Shown here piece after piece: positions 40,301 through 52,517 of a DNA stretch of 64,000 bases. The stretch comes from Enoplolaimus lenunculus (Eukaryota). The position numbers were made by a program, and so were the translations under genes. The notes beneath the pieces were generated by a model that did not search any database, was not told the DNA's origin, and was given only the letters and a program-made list of their open reading frames with translations. The DNA is taken from NCBI GenBank assembly GCA_030248215.1, contig JASANG010001881.1:434001-498000 (forward strand). Reading direction: 5' to 3'. Each line of letters opens with the position of its first letter. Position 1 is the first letter of the stretch.

Positions 40301-41450
40301 GAGACATATAATTAAGAGGACACTTAAGAGAGCTTGTGGGATTAAACTGTCGGTTCCGGCTTCGGTGAATGTATATAAAAATTGTACAGAACCGACTTTT
40401 GGGCTTTTGCCTTGCACTTTTGTGCTCAGAAGACCCTTTGCAAGCTGGATCATTAAAACCGCTTTTGAAAAGCGGCTCTCGCAGCCGCAGAATGCACTAA
40501 TTAAGCCTACCTCGCTCATAACGAAAACTAATTAAGCAACGAAAAGATAGATAATTGACTAAGCAAGGTTTCTAAGCTCAAAAATAACCGTGACACCGCT
40601 CAGCAGTCACCAAAGAATGGGGTATCACCCAAGGTAAAAGTAGCCTTACTACTCAATCACATCGATACCTAGCTCCCCTAGTGTCACCCCGCTATATTAC
40701 TAAAGGGCATAGAGTGATCAGACTCAGAACTACCCAATTAAGTGGTGTTCGTGGGACAGAATCCTCTCCCTAAATCATTCACAGGGAACTGAGAGTACAA
40801 GCATGGGTGACAATAAGAACCATAACAAGCGCAGGTAGTGGAGTTACCGAACACTTAGTGTCACTAAATTTTGCTGCTACGTATGAAAGCTCGAGAGCAA
40901 AATGGTGTGTATACAGACGTAACTCATGATCAACGGGTAACGAAAATTCTGGCTCCATCCTAAAATCGGTTGACCATGCACCACCTACTAACCTATTATT
41001 CAAAAATTTACTGCTAAGAATGATCCTATAACTCACTAATGTCCCCTCCCTTAGATTTTAGCTGCTAATTTCTTGCACTCATTACCGTTTCGCAAATTTC
41101 TAATAAGCAATTTCTCTCTGTTAACAGGCAGTGCACTCAACGTGCAGTTAACAACAACGCTTGTGAAGAAATAATTTCAAGATGCACTTAAGAAAGGGTG
41201 CTGACCAAGTCTTGTCAATCCAGCTCGCAACGGTTGTACAGAACCGATTGTGAATAAACCAGCTCGGGTTTTTCCCATGCACCCCTTTTGGTGCAAAGGA
41301 GCCCTTTTAAGAGCTGGACCAGTAAACGTTTTTTTGAATGCGACTCTCGTAGTCGCAGTATGGTAGGCATGAGAGGTCCTTTTTCTTAAATTCAATAACC
41401 CCACACGAAAAAGGAAACCCTAACCGAATAGTAAAAGCCCTGTAGTGAGA
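37360..41450 (+). pseudogene. Heavily decayed gag-pol relic (zinc knuckle, protease, RT, RNase H, integrase)
   Basis: YFRCKKR..LQAE.C knuckle ~37370; QIDTG 38177-38191; RT-like FLVD ~39058, IDL..(D)YF 39155, MP...APT 39241, VHIEE 39348; FTALK...DF 39742; KEL 39883; ILGIT...CTE and GLLP...PF 40281-40440; WGIT..SS(P)YY 40618; VGMRVL...P...SP 41363-41445. Order is correct and spacing plausible, but there are many stops and frameshifts. Confidence 0.65.
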
Positions 41451-42180
41451 AAGAGAAACATCGAGAATACCAGTGCAAGCGCCGAAACTAGGCAGAAAAG
41501 ACTGCTATGACGGTCTCCAGGCAGGGCGCAGGAACCCGAGGTGTGGAAAATCTTAAGCCAGAATATCACACTAAGGGACAGAGCATTAGGACTTAATAGG
41601 AACCGAACGTATAATTGGTAGATCTACGATTTAGGATGTAAAATCGTCTTGAAATCCCTCGGAAACTGTGCAAGCGGAGAAATCTCACGCGAGTTGGATG
41701 TCATAAGGAGATATCATTTGAATTCTAGATCCTAACTCTACTCAAGAGATTGCGGCCCAACTTAAGAATATTTACCTGCTAAGCAAACTGTTGTAGGTCA
41801 CTTGCAAATCACATTGTCCCCTCCGTTCCCCGTCCCCATGCCTTTCCCCTGGCACTTCGGCAGAACTAGGGTGCCCTGAGCTATGTGTGCTAGCACCTTT
41901 ATAAAGATATAGTCTGCTGTATAAAATTATATTCGCCACATCAGATCCTGATAAGGCTTCAGAGAGCCACCAAAATTTGAACATATAACCGGCCTACCCG
42001 TTAAGTCGCCCAAAACTCCGAAACTCCAAAAAATTAAAGTAACCGGCTCCGGGCTGTATCACCCGCCGCCGCGTTAATGGCCGGATATTTCCTCAGCTTA
42101 TTCATATCCTCATGGTAAACTTTTGTTTTCTTGAATGTCATAACTAACCTCGCCTTGAAAAATGAATTATAGCAAAAGCT

Positions 42181-42577
42181 CATAGCAACAACAACAACAA
42201 GTAGCAGCAACAACAACAACAAGTAGCAGCAACAACAACAACAAGTAGCAGCAACAACAACAACAAGTAGCAGCGACAACAACAACGACCAGCGGCAACA
42301 GCAGCAACAACGTCAACAATAGCAGTAGCAGCAGCACCACAACTGCCGCTACTACAACAACAACAACAAGAGCAACAACAGCAGGGGCAACTCCACAACA
42401 ACAACAATCGAAACTGCAGCAACGCCTGCAACAAAAACAAACAACAACAACAACAACAACTCCAACAGCAACAACCACAGCAATCACAACAACCGCAACT
42501 ACAACACCAAACCAGCCGCAACCACCACAACAACAACCACCACCACCACCACCAACATCAAACACAACAACAGGGTC
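42181..42577 (+). repeat. (CAA/CAG/ACC)n low-complexity tract directly upstream of the 534-aa ORF
   Basis: Visible trinucleotide-type repeat containing no ATG; an in-frame TAG at 42326 means the ORF frame is not open through the whole tract. Confidence 0.9.
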
Positions 42578-44182
42578 ATGGCTGATTTCCGAGGCTACAA
42601 CAACCCTGAGAACGGCGGTGAGGATGGCTTCAGTGAAGAAAGCCAATCCGGACGCCGTGCCGAGGTTTTCGGCGATGACCCCGTCCCAGAGTACTCCCTG
42701 AACCCCCGCTACGGTCCCCCAGCCCCCCGCGACACCACACGCCCCGCCCTCCGACTATCCGCCCTCCCCGGCACCGCGCAGGTCCTCAGCCTGCTATTTG
42801 TTGGCTTGGCGTTCCAAACGCCACTTGGCGCGGCCTGGTGCGTCATCCAGGTCCTTGGCGCGGCGTGGCATTATATTCGCCACGACCCGACTGCAACCGC
42901 CAGCTGGATGATGGCGACCGCGTCGGATTGCCGGGACTATGTCTGTATAGGCATCCCGCCTCCCGGCGATACGCTCCATCGTCTTGGACGTGAGACGATG
43001 TTAGAGCCGCTTGTGTACGCTCTGACGTATCACAAGTTCGCCGCTCCGGGGATGCGGGAACATCTCCGCGGGATCTCAGAGTATCAGGTCCTTTACTGCG
43101 ACCCCTGGGATCCCGTACTCGGCACCGGCGAGGACGTAGACGGAGTCCAGAACACTCTGGAACTCGTTACCCAGTACAACAACATCGCCGGCCGCGCCAT
43201 TGAGGACCTCGCGCGGCACTATGATCATGGCAGCCAGTACTATCGGCGCCACATCATAGTCGGCGACGAGTCAGCCTACCCGCTGTGGGCTGAGTACTAC
43301 GGCGACCCGGATGTCGCTGTAATCGCGTTCCCCGGCGCCGACATACCGACCCTGTGCCGGATCGCGCGTCTGGTAGCCACCCCTTTGGTATTCCGCATCA
43401 CGATCTGCGGTGGCTACCACTCCGTCTTCGCGTGGACAGGGCGTACTTCCAACCCACGGGACGACGGCGCATACTACCACGAGCAGTCGGGGTCAGTCAA
43501 CAGTCGGTACTTCGAAGAACTCATCACCGACCAACTGAACCCTGGCACCGTGGCGTACTCAGTGTATGCGCACATCTCGGAGCTCGCCTCCGAACTTCAA
43601 GACAGCCCGCGGGTCACCCTCCTGCCCCCGATGCCCCTCAGCGAGCTGTCCTGCACCGCCCGCGCCGTGCTCGAAGGTTACCTGGCAATGGTGGAGTTCT
43701 ACTCACATGGAGCTCCCTACTTCTACCATTGCAGCCTGGATTACCTCTTCCACGGCGTCCCCGACAGTGAGCTCGCTGAGCGCTACCTGCACACTGGGGG
43801 ACCGCTACCACTACCGCAGCTGGTCAAGAAGATGCGGCCAACACTCGACCTGCCCTTCAGGCGAGACCTGTGCGTGCGGCAGCTCCCCTGGGCCTCCCCG
43901 TCGTCCAACCAGCCCGCCCTTCCCAGCAACATTCCTTTGGCCCCCGGACAACTCACACAGTCCGAGCGGGTGGAAGAACATTTGCGGCGAATGGCGGAAG
44001 AAGCTGGGCCGCCGCGCGAGGGTGATCGAGAGGATCCGGTGGAAATCCCACCTGAAGACCCGGTAGTCATCACCCCCGTGCAGAGAGCAAGATGGAGGCG
44101 CGAGTTGGGGTTACGCCGATTAAGGGCGTGGAACGCTGAACTTATGGCGATGTACAATCGTTTTGGCTCCCGGGAAACTTAA
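42578..44182 (+). CDS. Intact 534-aa accessory ORF of the LTR element; putative SGNH/GDSL-fold domain with N-terminal hydrophobic segment
   Basis: Longest ORF in the window, markedly GC-richer than its flanks. Motifs IIVGDES (aa ~226-232), VIAFPGADI (~248-256), ITICGGYHS (~274-282), VTLLPPMP and RYLH (~402-405) are ordered like SGNH blocks I, II, III and V. Confidence is high for the ORF and moderate for the fold. Confidence 0.8.
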   Translation: MADFRGYNNPENGGEDGFSEESQSGRRAEVFGDDPVPEYSLNPRYGPPAPRDTTRPALRLSALPGTAQVLSLLFVGLAFQTPLGAAWCVIQVLGAAWHYIRHDPTATASWMMATASDCRDYVCIGIPPPGDTLHRLGRETMLEPLVYALTYHKFAAPGMREHLRGISEYQVLYCDPWDPVLGTGEDVDGVQNTLELVTQYNNIAGRAIEDLARHYDHGSQYYRRHIIVGDESAYPLWAEYYGDPDVAVIAFPGADIPTLCRIARLVATPLVFRITICGGYHSVFAWTGRTSNPRDDGAYYHEQSGSVNSRYFEELITDQLNPGTVAYSVYAHISELASELQDSPRVTLLPPMPLSELSCTARAVLEGYLAMVEFYSHGAPYFYHCSLDYLFHGVPDSELAERYLHTGGPLPLPQLVKKMRPTLDLPFRRDLCVRQLPWASPSSNQPALPSNIPLAPGQLTQSERVEEHLRRMAEEAGPPREGDREDPVEIPPEDPVVITPVQRARWRRELGLRRLRAWNAELMAMYNRFGSRET

Positions 44183-45112
44183 TTGTTTCCTGCCTCACGG
44201 CAACTGGAGGTATCTATGGGCCGAGATACCCCCGGTCGGGAAGCCACATGATTCGCTAAACGCGCTGACACTGTAGGACCACCCATAAACTTGCGGCCCC
44301 AGATAATTAGGTTATAGACAGCAAACCTTGCGCTTAGCATGCCGTAAAGAGTTTCAACGCTGCATCTCCCTTTCCCTTAGAGCTAGGCTCGAGTCTAGCA
44401 ACAGTGTCAGTGCCTTGGACTTGGCTCACGCAACACAGGCGCAGGGACGTACCGTTCAGGAGATAAGGGTTGACACAAATTGCCAAATCTAAAAATCTGA
44501 GAGAAGGAGAAGGACATTGCTCAGGGGAGCGTTGCTTTCGTTGCTTTTATGAGCTGCATACGCATAGCAAACAAACTAAGGCCCAGAGATGTTTCTAATG
44601 TGTCAGAAGCCCAAACCTGGACGGATCGCACCCCTGTAACCCAGCTTAAAATTGTATCAAATGTGACATTTTACAGACTGCGATAGGACGCTATTGGAAG
44701 CTGGGTGCAGCCCGTGTATGCGCAATATCTTTTTACCGGATGCGTCGCTTAGCACATTGGGGCAGATTTATAGTCGGCCGGGCCATAGAAAGCTCGCTGC
44801 CTTTGAACTAGGCAAACCCATTACATTTTCTAATATAAGGAACAACCGCCCATTGCCATCGCCGGATTATTGGCACCTATAATGAAACTCCATGTGCGCA
44901 TATAGTGTTGTTGTTGTTGCTCAATCACTCTTGTTCAATACTTGTATCGTATTTCGGGTATATATGTATATGTTTTGTGGTTGTTGGAGTCGAGTGGAAG
45001 GAAGTTGACTTGGTGTGTAGGCATAAATTTAGGACAACCAAGAAATACGCCAGCCATAAACCCACAAGGGATAAGGGTTAACACGAAATATCCAAATTAA
45101 AATTTTATGAGG

Positions 45113-48100
45113 TGTCAGGGACACTATCTTTCTCTATTCCATAAAAGGTTGGCTCGATTTAGCGAATCTTTAGGTGCACATGGATCTACAGTGGCATTGG
45201 CATTAGTATCATTGTATAATTGGCATGGTTGATAACATTATTGTTATTATTATTATTATTGTCGTGGTTATTATTATTGTTGTATATTTTGTGTGCGTTT
45301 TCCCTTCTTTTTTGATCACACATTATAAGGGCCATTTTTTGGTTCGGCGTAAGAGTACGGACAAATATTAGAAATCGCATTCAGACCCAGGAAACCCCGA
45401 CTAGAAAGTGCAAGACTGGATCGCATGTAGTTGGAAACACATGGCGGAGCAGATTGTCGAATCGTAATCGGTAATAAGGGTATCATATTAACAACACTCG
45501 CGTGGCTAATGTATTTAAAGAAAAGCTGTTGGAGTACGTACACTCAGTTGTGGCACCCGGGGTGTGCAGTCTCTGATACGTAGAAATTTCACCCAGCGTG
45601 AGGCCCTCTTAAATTGATGCTGTTCTATTCTATTATATCTGTCCTTTTTGTTAAGCTTGCTGTGTTGTCATGTTCATATGTACGTATATGTATTGGCTAC
45701 TTTCCTTCTTTGTTTTTGGACAGCCACATAAGGCCTAAATTTTCGTCTAAGATCGGCTTGAACTTTTGTTCTGTTTATAGAAACTTGTGACACACCCCTG
45801 AATTACTATCGTCCTTTCTCACTCCTTTTCGACGTAATTTCGCCTCGGATTGTCGGAATATTTGACTAGAACGTTTTAATTGCACGCTGCACTGACTAGA
45901 GCGTGTTACCAGAGTGCTGACTAGATCCCTAACTACAGATAGCACTTTAAAATTTGACTAGATAACGACCGGACCAACAATTAAGAATTTAACAAAAGTA
46001 CTAGTCTCCTAGCACTTCCTTTCTTAGCGTTTCCTCCTCTGAAGATTAAAATTTCAAAACCTCCCAGTTGAGATTTGCAAGGAAAACCTATACTTAATGG
46101 ATGCAGCCATAACAGGGGCGCCTCCCTGACAGGGACAAGGGAGCCCCGGAGACCCGTTGTACCTGCCCATCCGGATGGCCGAGAGGAGTCTCAAATTATG
46201 TGCGAGTCGACTTGTTCAGGGGGTTTCCGAGTTAGCCTACTAGCTCCCCTAATGTGGCCCTTGGTGTACATAAGTATTAGTATTTAAAATCGCCTTATAA
46301 TATAGTGTACACTAGATAAGGTGTGTACACAAATAGTGAAATTTATGAGTTGAAGATTGCTGGACTACCTATAGCTGGAGGTAACGGGAGCGCGGGGACC
46401 CAGGTCCAGCGCAAGATGGTATTAGCCACCCTCACTTTAATTCCGGCCTCGATATGCTGCTTAAAGGGGCCTCTGCCATCAATCCGTTGCTTGAAAATCA
46501 AGTTCCCAGTACCCGAGCCCCTAGACGTTTCGGACCGTACATCGGTTACAAGAATTCGCAGAAACTAAGATGAAAATTGCAGTCACGTGTAAATGGTAGA
46601 ACCTCAGAGGAAAATGGAGAGAGTTGACGATAGGGAGCTCATCGACTAGGGTTAGGAAAACGGGAGATCGTCCGGCGTACGGAGCTAGGAAACCCACTCA
46701 TACGAAAGCCGTCCTAAACATTTCGACCGGGCCCGAGTTGATTGTAAGGGAATCCGCACCTTTATTGCATGGATTCAGGGCGCCTACCCGCACAGTATAC
46801 CCCTTTCAATGAGTCTCAAAATTTTAAAACGACTAGAATTTCTATTGCACTCGCTGAAAATGATTAATGTGTTTTGCAAAGCATGCGAAGCCCCGGTTTC
46901 AAAAATTTTCCACTGATGGGTAGTTGCTCGCGTCGAGGGGTTTTGAGATACGAGTTAGTGGTCAGAATACAAAAGGGGAATGGGTTTCCCAGTTTTCACC
47001 ACTAGATTTCCCTAAGGCAATCTTTGTTCCGGCCCCGCGACGAGATCAGAGTTTTACATAGACGTAGACTTGCACGGAGGCCACCCAACGGATACGTATC
47101 TGTGTCCCCGGTGCAGTAACCGCAGCCTGTAGTATATTTAACGTTTACACACAATCTTACCGTCCAGCCAGAAACTGCGCTTTGAAGGGGGAGCCGCACG
47201 CTGTTTGCATAAGGAGCGGCGATATTTATCAGAGAGGGTAAGGGTGTGTTGTGCACCATAAGGGAAAAAGAAAGAAACTGTCTATAACGACAGTTGAGGG
47301 TTTTGAAATTTTATAAATTTTGAATTTTAAGTTAAGCAACGCCTCGCCTCAGCCTAAGGGGGGTAGTTAGTTTAGGATTGGGGGGTAGTTTTGTTTTTGT
47401 GTTCAGGGTACGCCAAGGGGATAGGTGAAATTATGTTTTGCGCAGGCGCAACAGTATTTCTAGGAGGTAATCAAGTGGAGCGATGGCCGTCTGTCTCTTA
47501 GGACAACCGGATTTTAGGATTCGAGGTCCGTTGTTTTATAATTTCAGGTGCGGAGCTGGCGCTCTTGGGTTCGGCACACCGGGTTGGCCGAGTAAGCCGT
47601 CCCGGCTGCCGTTTTAGGTCAGAAACCAGGATCTCGTGAAAATTTTGAATTTCTTGACACTTAAACTTTGAAATTTCTTTTCATTTTTAGGCTTCCTGGG
47701 GTTCTATATTTAGTATTTGTTGTCTTGGCCTTCTGTTTTGGCCGAGAAAGCCACTCCGAACCTGCGCAGTGAATCGTACGCTTGAAATTAGCGGGAATGT
47801 AGGTAATGAGTATTGGTCGCGAGTTGGGTTTTTAGGAAATTTTGACTGCTATTTTACGGAATATAGCACGTAGGCTGACATTAGGCAATTTCCCTGCATC
47901 GTGCCGACTAAGAAAATCATCCCAATTATAGCCCGCGATGCGGTAGTCAAAAGTTATAGACATTTTTAAACTTCGAGATTTTGCGCGTGTGCGTCCAGAG
48001 GCCCGGCTCCGAAAAATGCAATTTTCACTTTTCCGGAATCGGATGCTAAAATTAGTACCATTCGACTCAGCTCGCTGAGCTGATTAAGAAAATCACCCCG

Positions 48101-51100
48101 AACCTTATCCGGAAACCAATAGTTCGAAAGTTATGGGCTCCTGAAGTTTTCGGGATTCAACGTGTACACGCTTTACGGATCCCGGGTCCAAAAATGCAAT
48201 TTTCACTTTTCCGGGATCGGGTGCTAAATTTGGTATCAATCGATTCAGCTCGTCGAGCTGGTTAAGAAAACCACCCCAAACCCTGTACGCAAACCAGTAC
48301 TTAAGGAGTTATGGTCAATCAAAGATTTCAAAGATTTTGTGTATGTACACTTTTACGGATCGGATCCTGAAAAACGCGATTTCCACTTTTTCACGATCCA
48401 CCTTAAATATGGGTACCGTTCGATTCCGCGCATCGCGCTGAGTAAGAAAACCACCCCAAACAGGTCTCGCAAATCAAAACTTAAAAAGTTACGATCATTT
48501 GAAAATCTTTTATAATTTACGTGTACACACAAATTACGGATCCGGTCCTGAAAACGCGATTTCAACTTTTTCGAGCTATTGGGTTAAAATAGGTATCATT
48601 CGATTCGGCTTGCTGAGTAGAGCAAGAAAACTACCCCGAAAAGGTTCGCAAACGAATATTTCAAAAGTTAGGGTCCGTTGAAAATTCTGAAAATTTGCGT
48701 GTATATGCTTTACGGAGCGAACCTCAAGAGCGCGATTTTCACTTTTACAGGACCCAACGTTAAAAATGGCACCGTTCGATTTCTCTCGTCTTTCTGGTTC
48801 AGAAAACCCCCCCTAACAATGTCCGCAAGTGAATACTTAAGAAATTATAATCAACTGAAGGCTTGGGACTTTTGGTATTTTAGGCGTGCGATTTTCACTT
48901 TTCTGAACTATAGCATTAAGTTGGGTGTTGTTTTGAACTAGTTCATTGTTCTGGTTAGCAGCATCACATCGAGTAGGGCTCGCTGATATATATTTAGGAG
49001 ATTATGGCTCGTCAGGTTTTGCAAACCCGCACGTGTATACTCTGCGGAGGCATGCCAAATAAGTGAAATCACTAGTTTTCTGGGTTCCTAAATTCAAGAT
49101 CGTTACCCTCCAACTGAACTAGTCTGGCTGGTCAAAAGGACCACCCTGTGGGGTCCCTTGCTGATGACTATTTAACGAGTTGCCGCTGGTCAAGACCACC
49201 ATTCTCATATACTTACGCCGTCCCAGCACTGAGTATCAACTTAAGGGTTAGAATTTGACCCGTGGGGGGGAACGTGTGTAAGCCAGTTCATTGCGTAGGT
49301 TGTGGCTTCCATGAAAAGGTCAATTAGAACAGTACGCTTGTGGAAATCTAGGCTTTGAGTCCTCTACAAAATCTTAGGCATACTTGTTCTCATTTTATTC
49401 TTTAATTTTGTGCATTCTCTGTTTGTGCGTATATATGATCTGTTTTTATTGTTGTTTTGTGCTTTCGGTTTTTTTTGGACATTGCACCCCTTCCATATGC
49501 TCTACCTTCCCGCAGTGCAGAGTCTACCCTTTTTCAAATGCTTGTATAGTAATTGGACTCTGTAGAGCGAGTACATAAGATAAAAAAAGGGGAAGCCCCC
49601 ATAACTAAAGCTGCACGTGGTGGTCATGTTTTAAAGGGGGTATGAGTGAATCTCGTCAAAGTTTTTTTTTTTGTCCCTGTACCATGTTGCATCTCTGTGT
49701 CCTGACTCCTTCCAGGGGTGACTAGGATTAGTCCCCATAACTTCCCGTTCAGAAATTACACGTTAAATCTTCAGCCAATCATTGGCTTTTAAAAGTTAAT
49801 TCTGTTCTCGTTTTCGTATTGGTTAGTTATATCTCGGAGAGTCTCAGCCAATGAAAGGGAAGTACAGCGTCTGTTTCTGGGGCGCGCTGATTGGTCGAAA
49901 TTTGAGCTCCGCGCACTATATAAGAGCGGTGCACAGGCTGAACATTCAGTTCAGTTTCACATTTTTCGGTTTTCGCTCGCGTGCTCGAGCCGCGACAGCA
50001 AACCGATCTCCCTGCACACGGAGGCGACTTAGTGTGCACGGGAGTTTCGGGGCGCTGAAGCAAGCAAGGGGGGGTTATGTGCGTTGCGCACGGGGGTCAA
50101 AATTTTAAGAGGGGGCCCAGTTAGGATTTTCAGTTTTCACAAAGGGGGTGTGGGTAAAATTTTGGGCTAAAATTTGCCTGACGTTGGCGACAACGCAGGT
50201 ACGAAAATTTTTGTATAAACCTTGGGGTGGGGGAAAACTCAAAATCAGAAAACCTGCAAGGAGGCGCCATTTGTGCGACAATTCTACAGAAAATTAGGCA
50301 CAATTTAGATTGACAAATACGTTCGCAGGATTGATTGTCAGTGCGGTAGGGAGGCCAATTCAGCCTAATGCTAAGCATTTAGGGTATGGCAACTAAAAGA
50401 GCTGAGGCCTACCGTCTAGAAAATTTCAATATACCCTGTGATTTGAGACGATTCTAGCCAGGCCCCAATGATCTAAGCTTGTGGCAAGGCCCGTCCAGTT
50501 GACAATCAAACTGCTGAATGTACAGCCTGTGAAAATTTAAGCTTAAGGCTATGGAGCCGAGCTACACTCGGAAACAGACACGGCATAAGAGAGTAAACCT
50601 ATAGAAAACTTTTCTACAAAACCTAATAAGTTTAAGTCTCGTGGTCTAATGTGAAACTATTTAGGCCCCGGTGCCTTTGTCTAGATCTCGCGGTTTTGAC
50701 ACGTGCAGCTTTTCAGAAAGGATTTAAAACAATCAGCAGTGAGCCCGACACAACAGCAAGTACAAGGGGAGCAAGGCATAAGGCGTATACTTTCGCATGT
50801 AGACTCGCCTATCGGTATACATAGGGATACATGCGGATAAGTAGCTGCGTTTCGGGCTCACTGTCCTAGGATATAACCTATTCTGCCGGGCAACACCAAA
50901 GACTCTTAAGGGCATAGCTGTCGGTAAGACGAGCAATTAAGGCCTAGTTAATGCACGAGCCGTAGAGTAGAATAGTTGTGGTGAATTCTCAAATCAACAA
51001 TTTTTCTTCTAGCGAATTACTATTTAACATTTTGAGTAGTCAGTAGATTGCTACCAAAATTCACTGCAATCGACGTAAATTTCATCGGTGCAATTCTATC

Positions 51101-51797
51101 ACATAAGGTATACATTAAAAAGTGTCTGCGCTGTACATAGCTGTACAAACTCATAATAAACCAAAACTTTAACTCGAGTTCAGTCCTGAACATTGAGCGC
51201 TCAGTTGATTCCTGGCCTAAGGGCCATGGCTAAGATTTAGATAAAACTTAGAATTAAAAGAGACTCAAACTTTTGCGTGAACGTGAAAAATTCCTGACCA
51301 TCAGAGTCTCGACAAATGAATAACAGCCCTGGTTCGAATCAGTGGCAAGTAAATTCAATCAAAAACCTCAAAGGCTAGGATCGATCCGCCTTCCTATCAA
51401 AACGGCCTGTGGCCAAGTGAAGCAAAACTCGGTTGAACCAACCAATTACTAGGACTAAGGCTAATGTTAAGCCACACCCATGACAGAGTGTCATTAAGCC
51501 TAACCATGAAAAATAGTTGTGCGCACATAGTTGTACTGAACTCCACGGAGAAAAAGCTAATTGTTACTGGTGCGACCCACTTATACGCACTCGGGGGTTC
51601 ACTAGAGCTTAGAGCACAGGCAGGCTTAGGCGTACGACGATATCGGGATTTTGTGACTCTCAAAACCTGATATCACGCCGGGGGACCGTCATCCTCTAGG
51701 CAAGTAGCTTACTTTGGCAGATCCACGGCCACGAACACCCGTGAGAGTATCATCTCGGATTCGTCCGCAGGGATACTCGTTGATCGTACCCGTAACA
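45113..51797 (+). repeat. 3' LTR (6685 bp)
   Basis: Copy of 27899-34589; followed by the ATAT TSD. Confidence 0.95.
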
Positions 51798-51902
51798 ATA
51801 TTACATAACATATATAAAAAATATATATTTAGTACTGAGAATGCGGTGTATTGGGGCAGTTTTTAATTTTCTCTGGGGAGGTCTAGCTGCAGCAACCCCT
51901 TA

Positions 51903-52517
51903 TGCGGCGTTCACGTTATAACTGGGGCAGCTTGGAACACGTTTTGTCCAAGTTGATTCGACGGCAACATAAAATTTTGTGATCCGAATAGCGGATATGT
52001 AGACAAAATGTGAATGACATATGACATTGGCTTACAAATTACTTATGTCAGGCGATCATCGTATACAAATAACCATTTATCCTATGATATTTATACAGGG
52101 CAATGGAATTTGTGCACGCTAAATAAAACAGTAAAAAGTCGGATAATGCAGCATTAAATGATTTCGCAAGTTGAATTAGCTTCTAAGATTCTGTTTCTCG
52201 CTAAGTTTTTCCCAAAATATATTCCTAAGTAATAATTCAAATTTGAAATTTTAGTATCATATGACATTCTACAGGACAATCAAGCTAGTTTAACACAACT
52301 TTGCAGACATTTTCAAACATATCATATGATACTCGCAGACAATATTTGGAATATCATACGATATTGCAGTACAAACAGTAGATGTCACATCAGGATAGCA
52401 GACAATTCAAATTTTTTGAATCTCATAGCGGATAAACTGTCAGACAAAATGGTACCAGCTATAGTCATAGGGACAAAACGTGTTCTAGTCTGCCCCAGTT
52501 ATAACGTGAACCTCGCA
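51903..52517. mobile_element. PIF/Harbinger-like MITE
   Basis: ~45-bp TIRs (…GTTCACGTTATAACTGGGGCAG… / …CTGCCCCAGTTATAACGTGAAC…) and a TTA TSD. Confidence 0.75.

Larger units (their letters stand above)
27899..51797 (+). mobile_element. Giant (23.9 kb) non-autonomous Ty3/Gypsy-derived LTR retrotransposon
   Basis: Direct repeats 27899-34589 and 45113-51797 both start TGTCAGGG and end CCCGTAACA. ATAT flanks both outer ends (27895-27898, 51798-51801). A PBS-like sequence follows the left LTR, and relic gag/PR/RT/RH/IN motifs occur in Gypsy order internally. Confidence 0.93.

Noticed and set aside
42034..42646. Minus-strand poly-Leu/Val/Cys ORFs and a possible polyQ/N extension of the 534-aa ORF
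   Set aside because: By-products of the CAA tract; the ORF frame has a TAG at 42326 and no upstream ATG.
43271..44157. Alternative-frame ORFs overlapping the 534-aa ORF
   Set aside because: Expected in GC-rich coding DNA; no independent evidence.
27899..51797. Plain segmental duplication or assembly artefact
   Set aside because: TG...CA ends, the TSD, the PBS and real sequence differences between copies fit LTRs better, although read-level confirmation is still needed.
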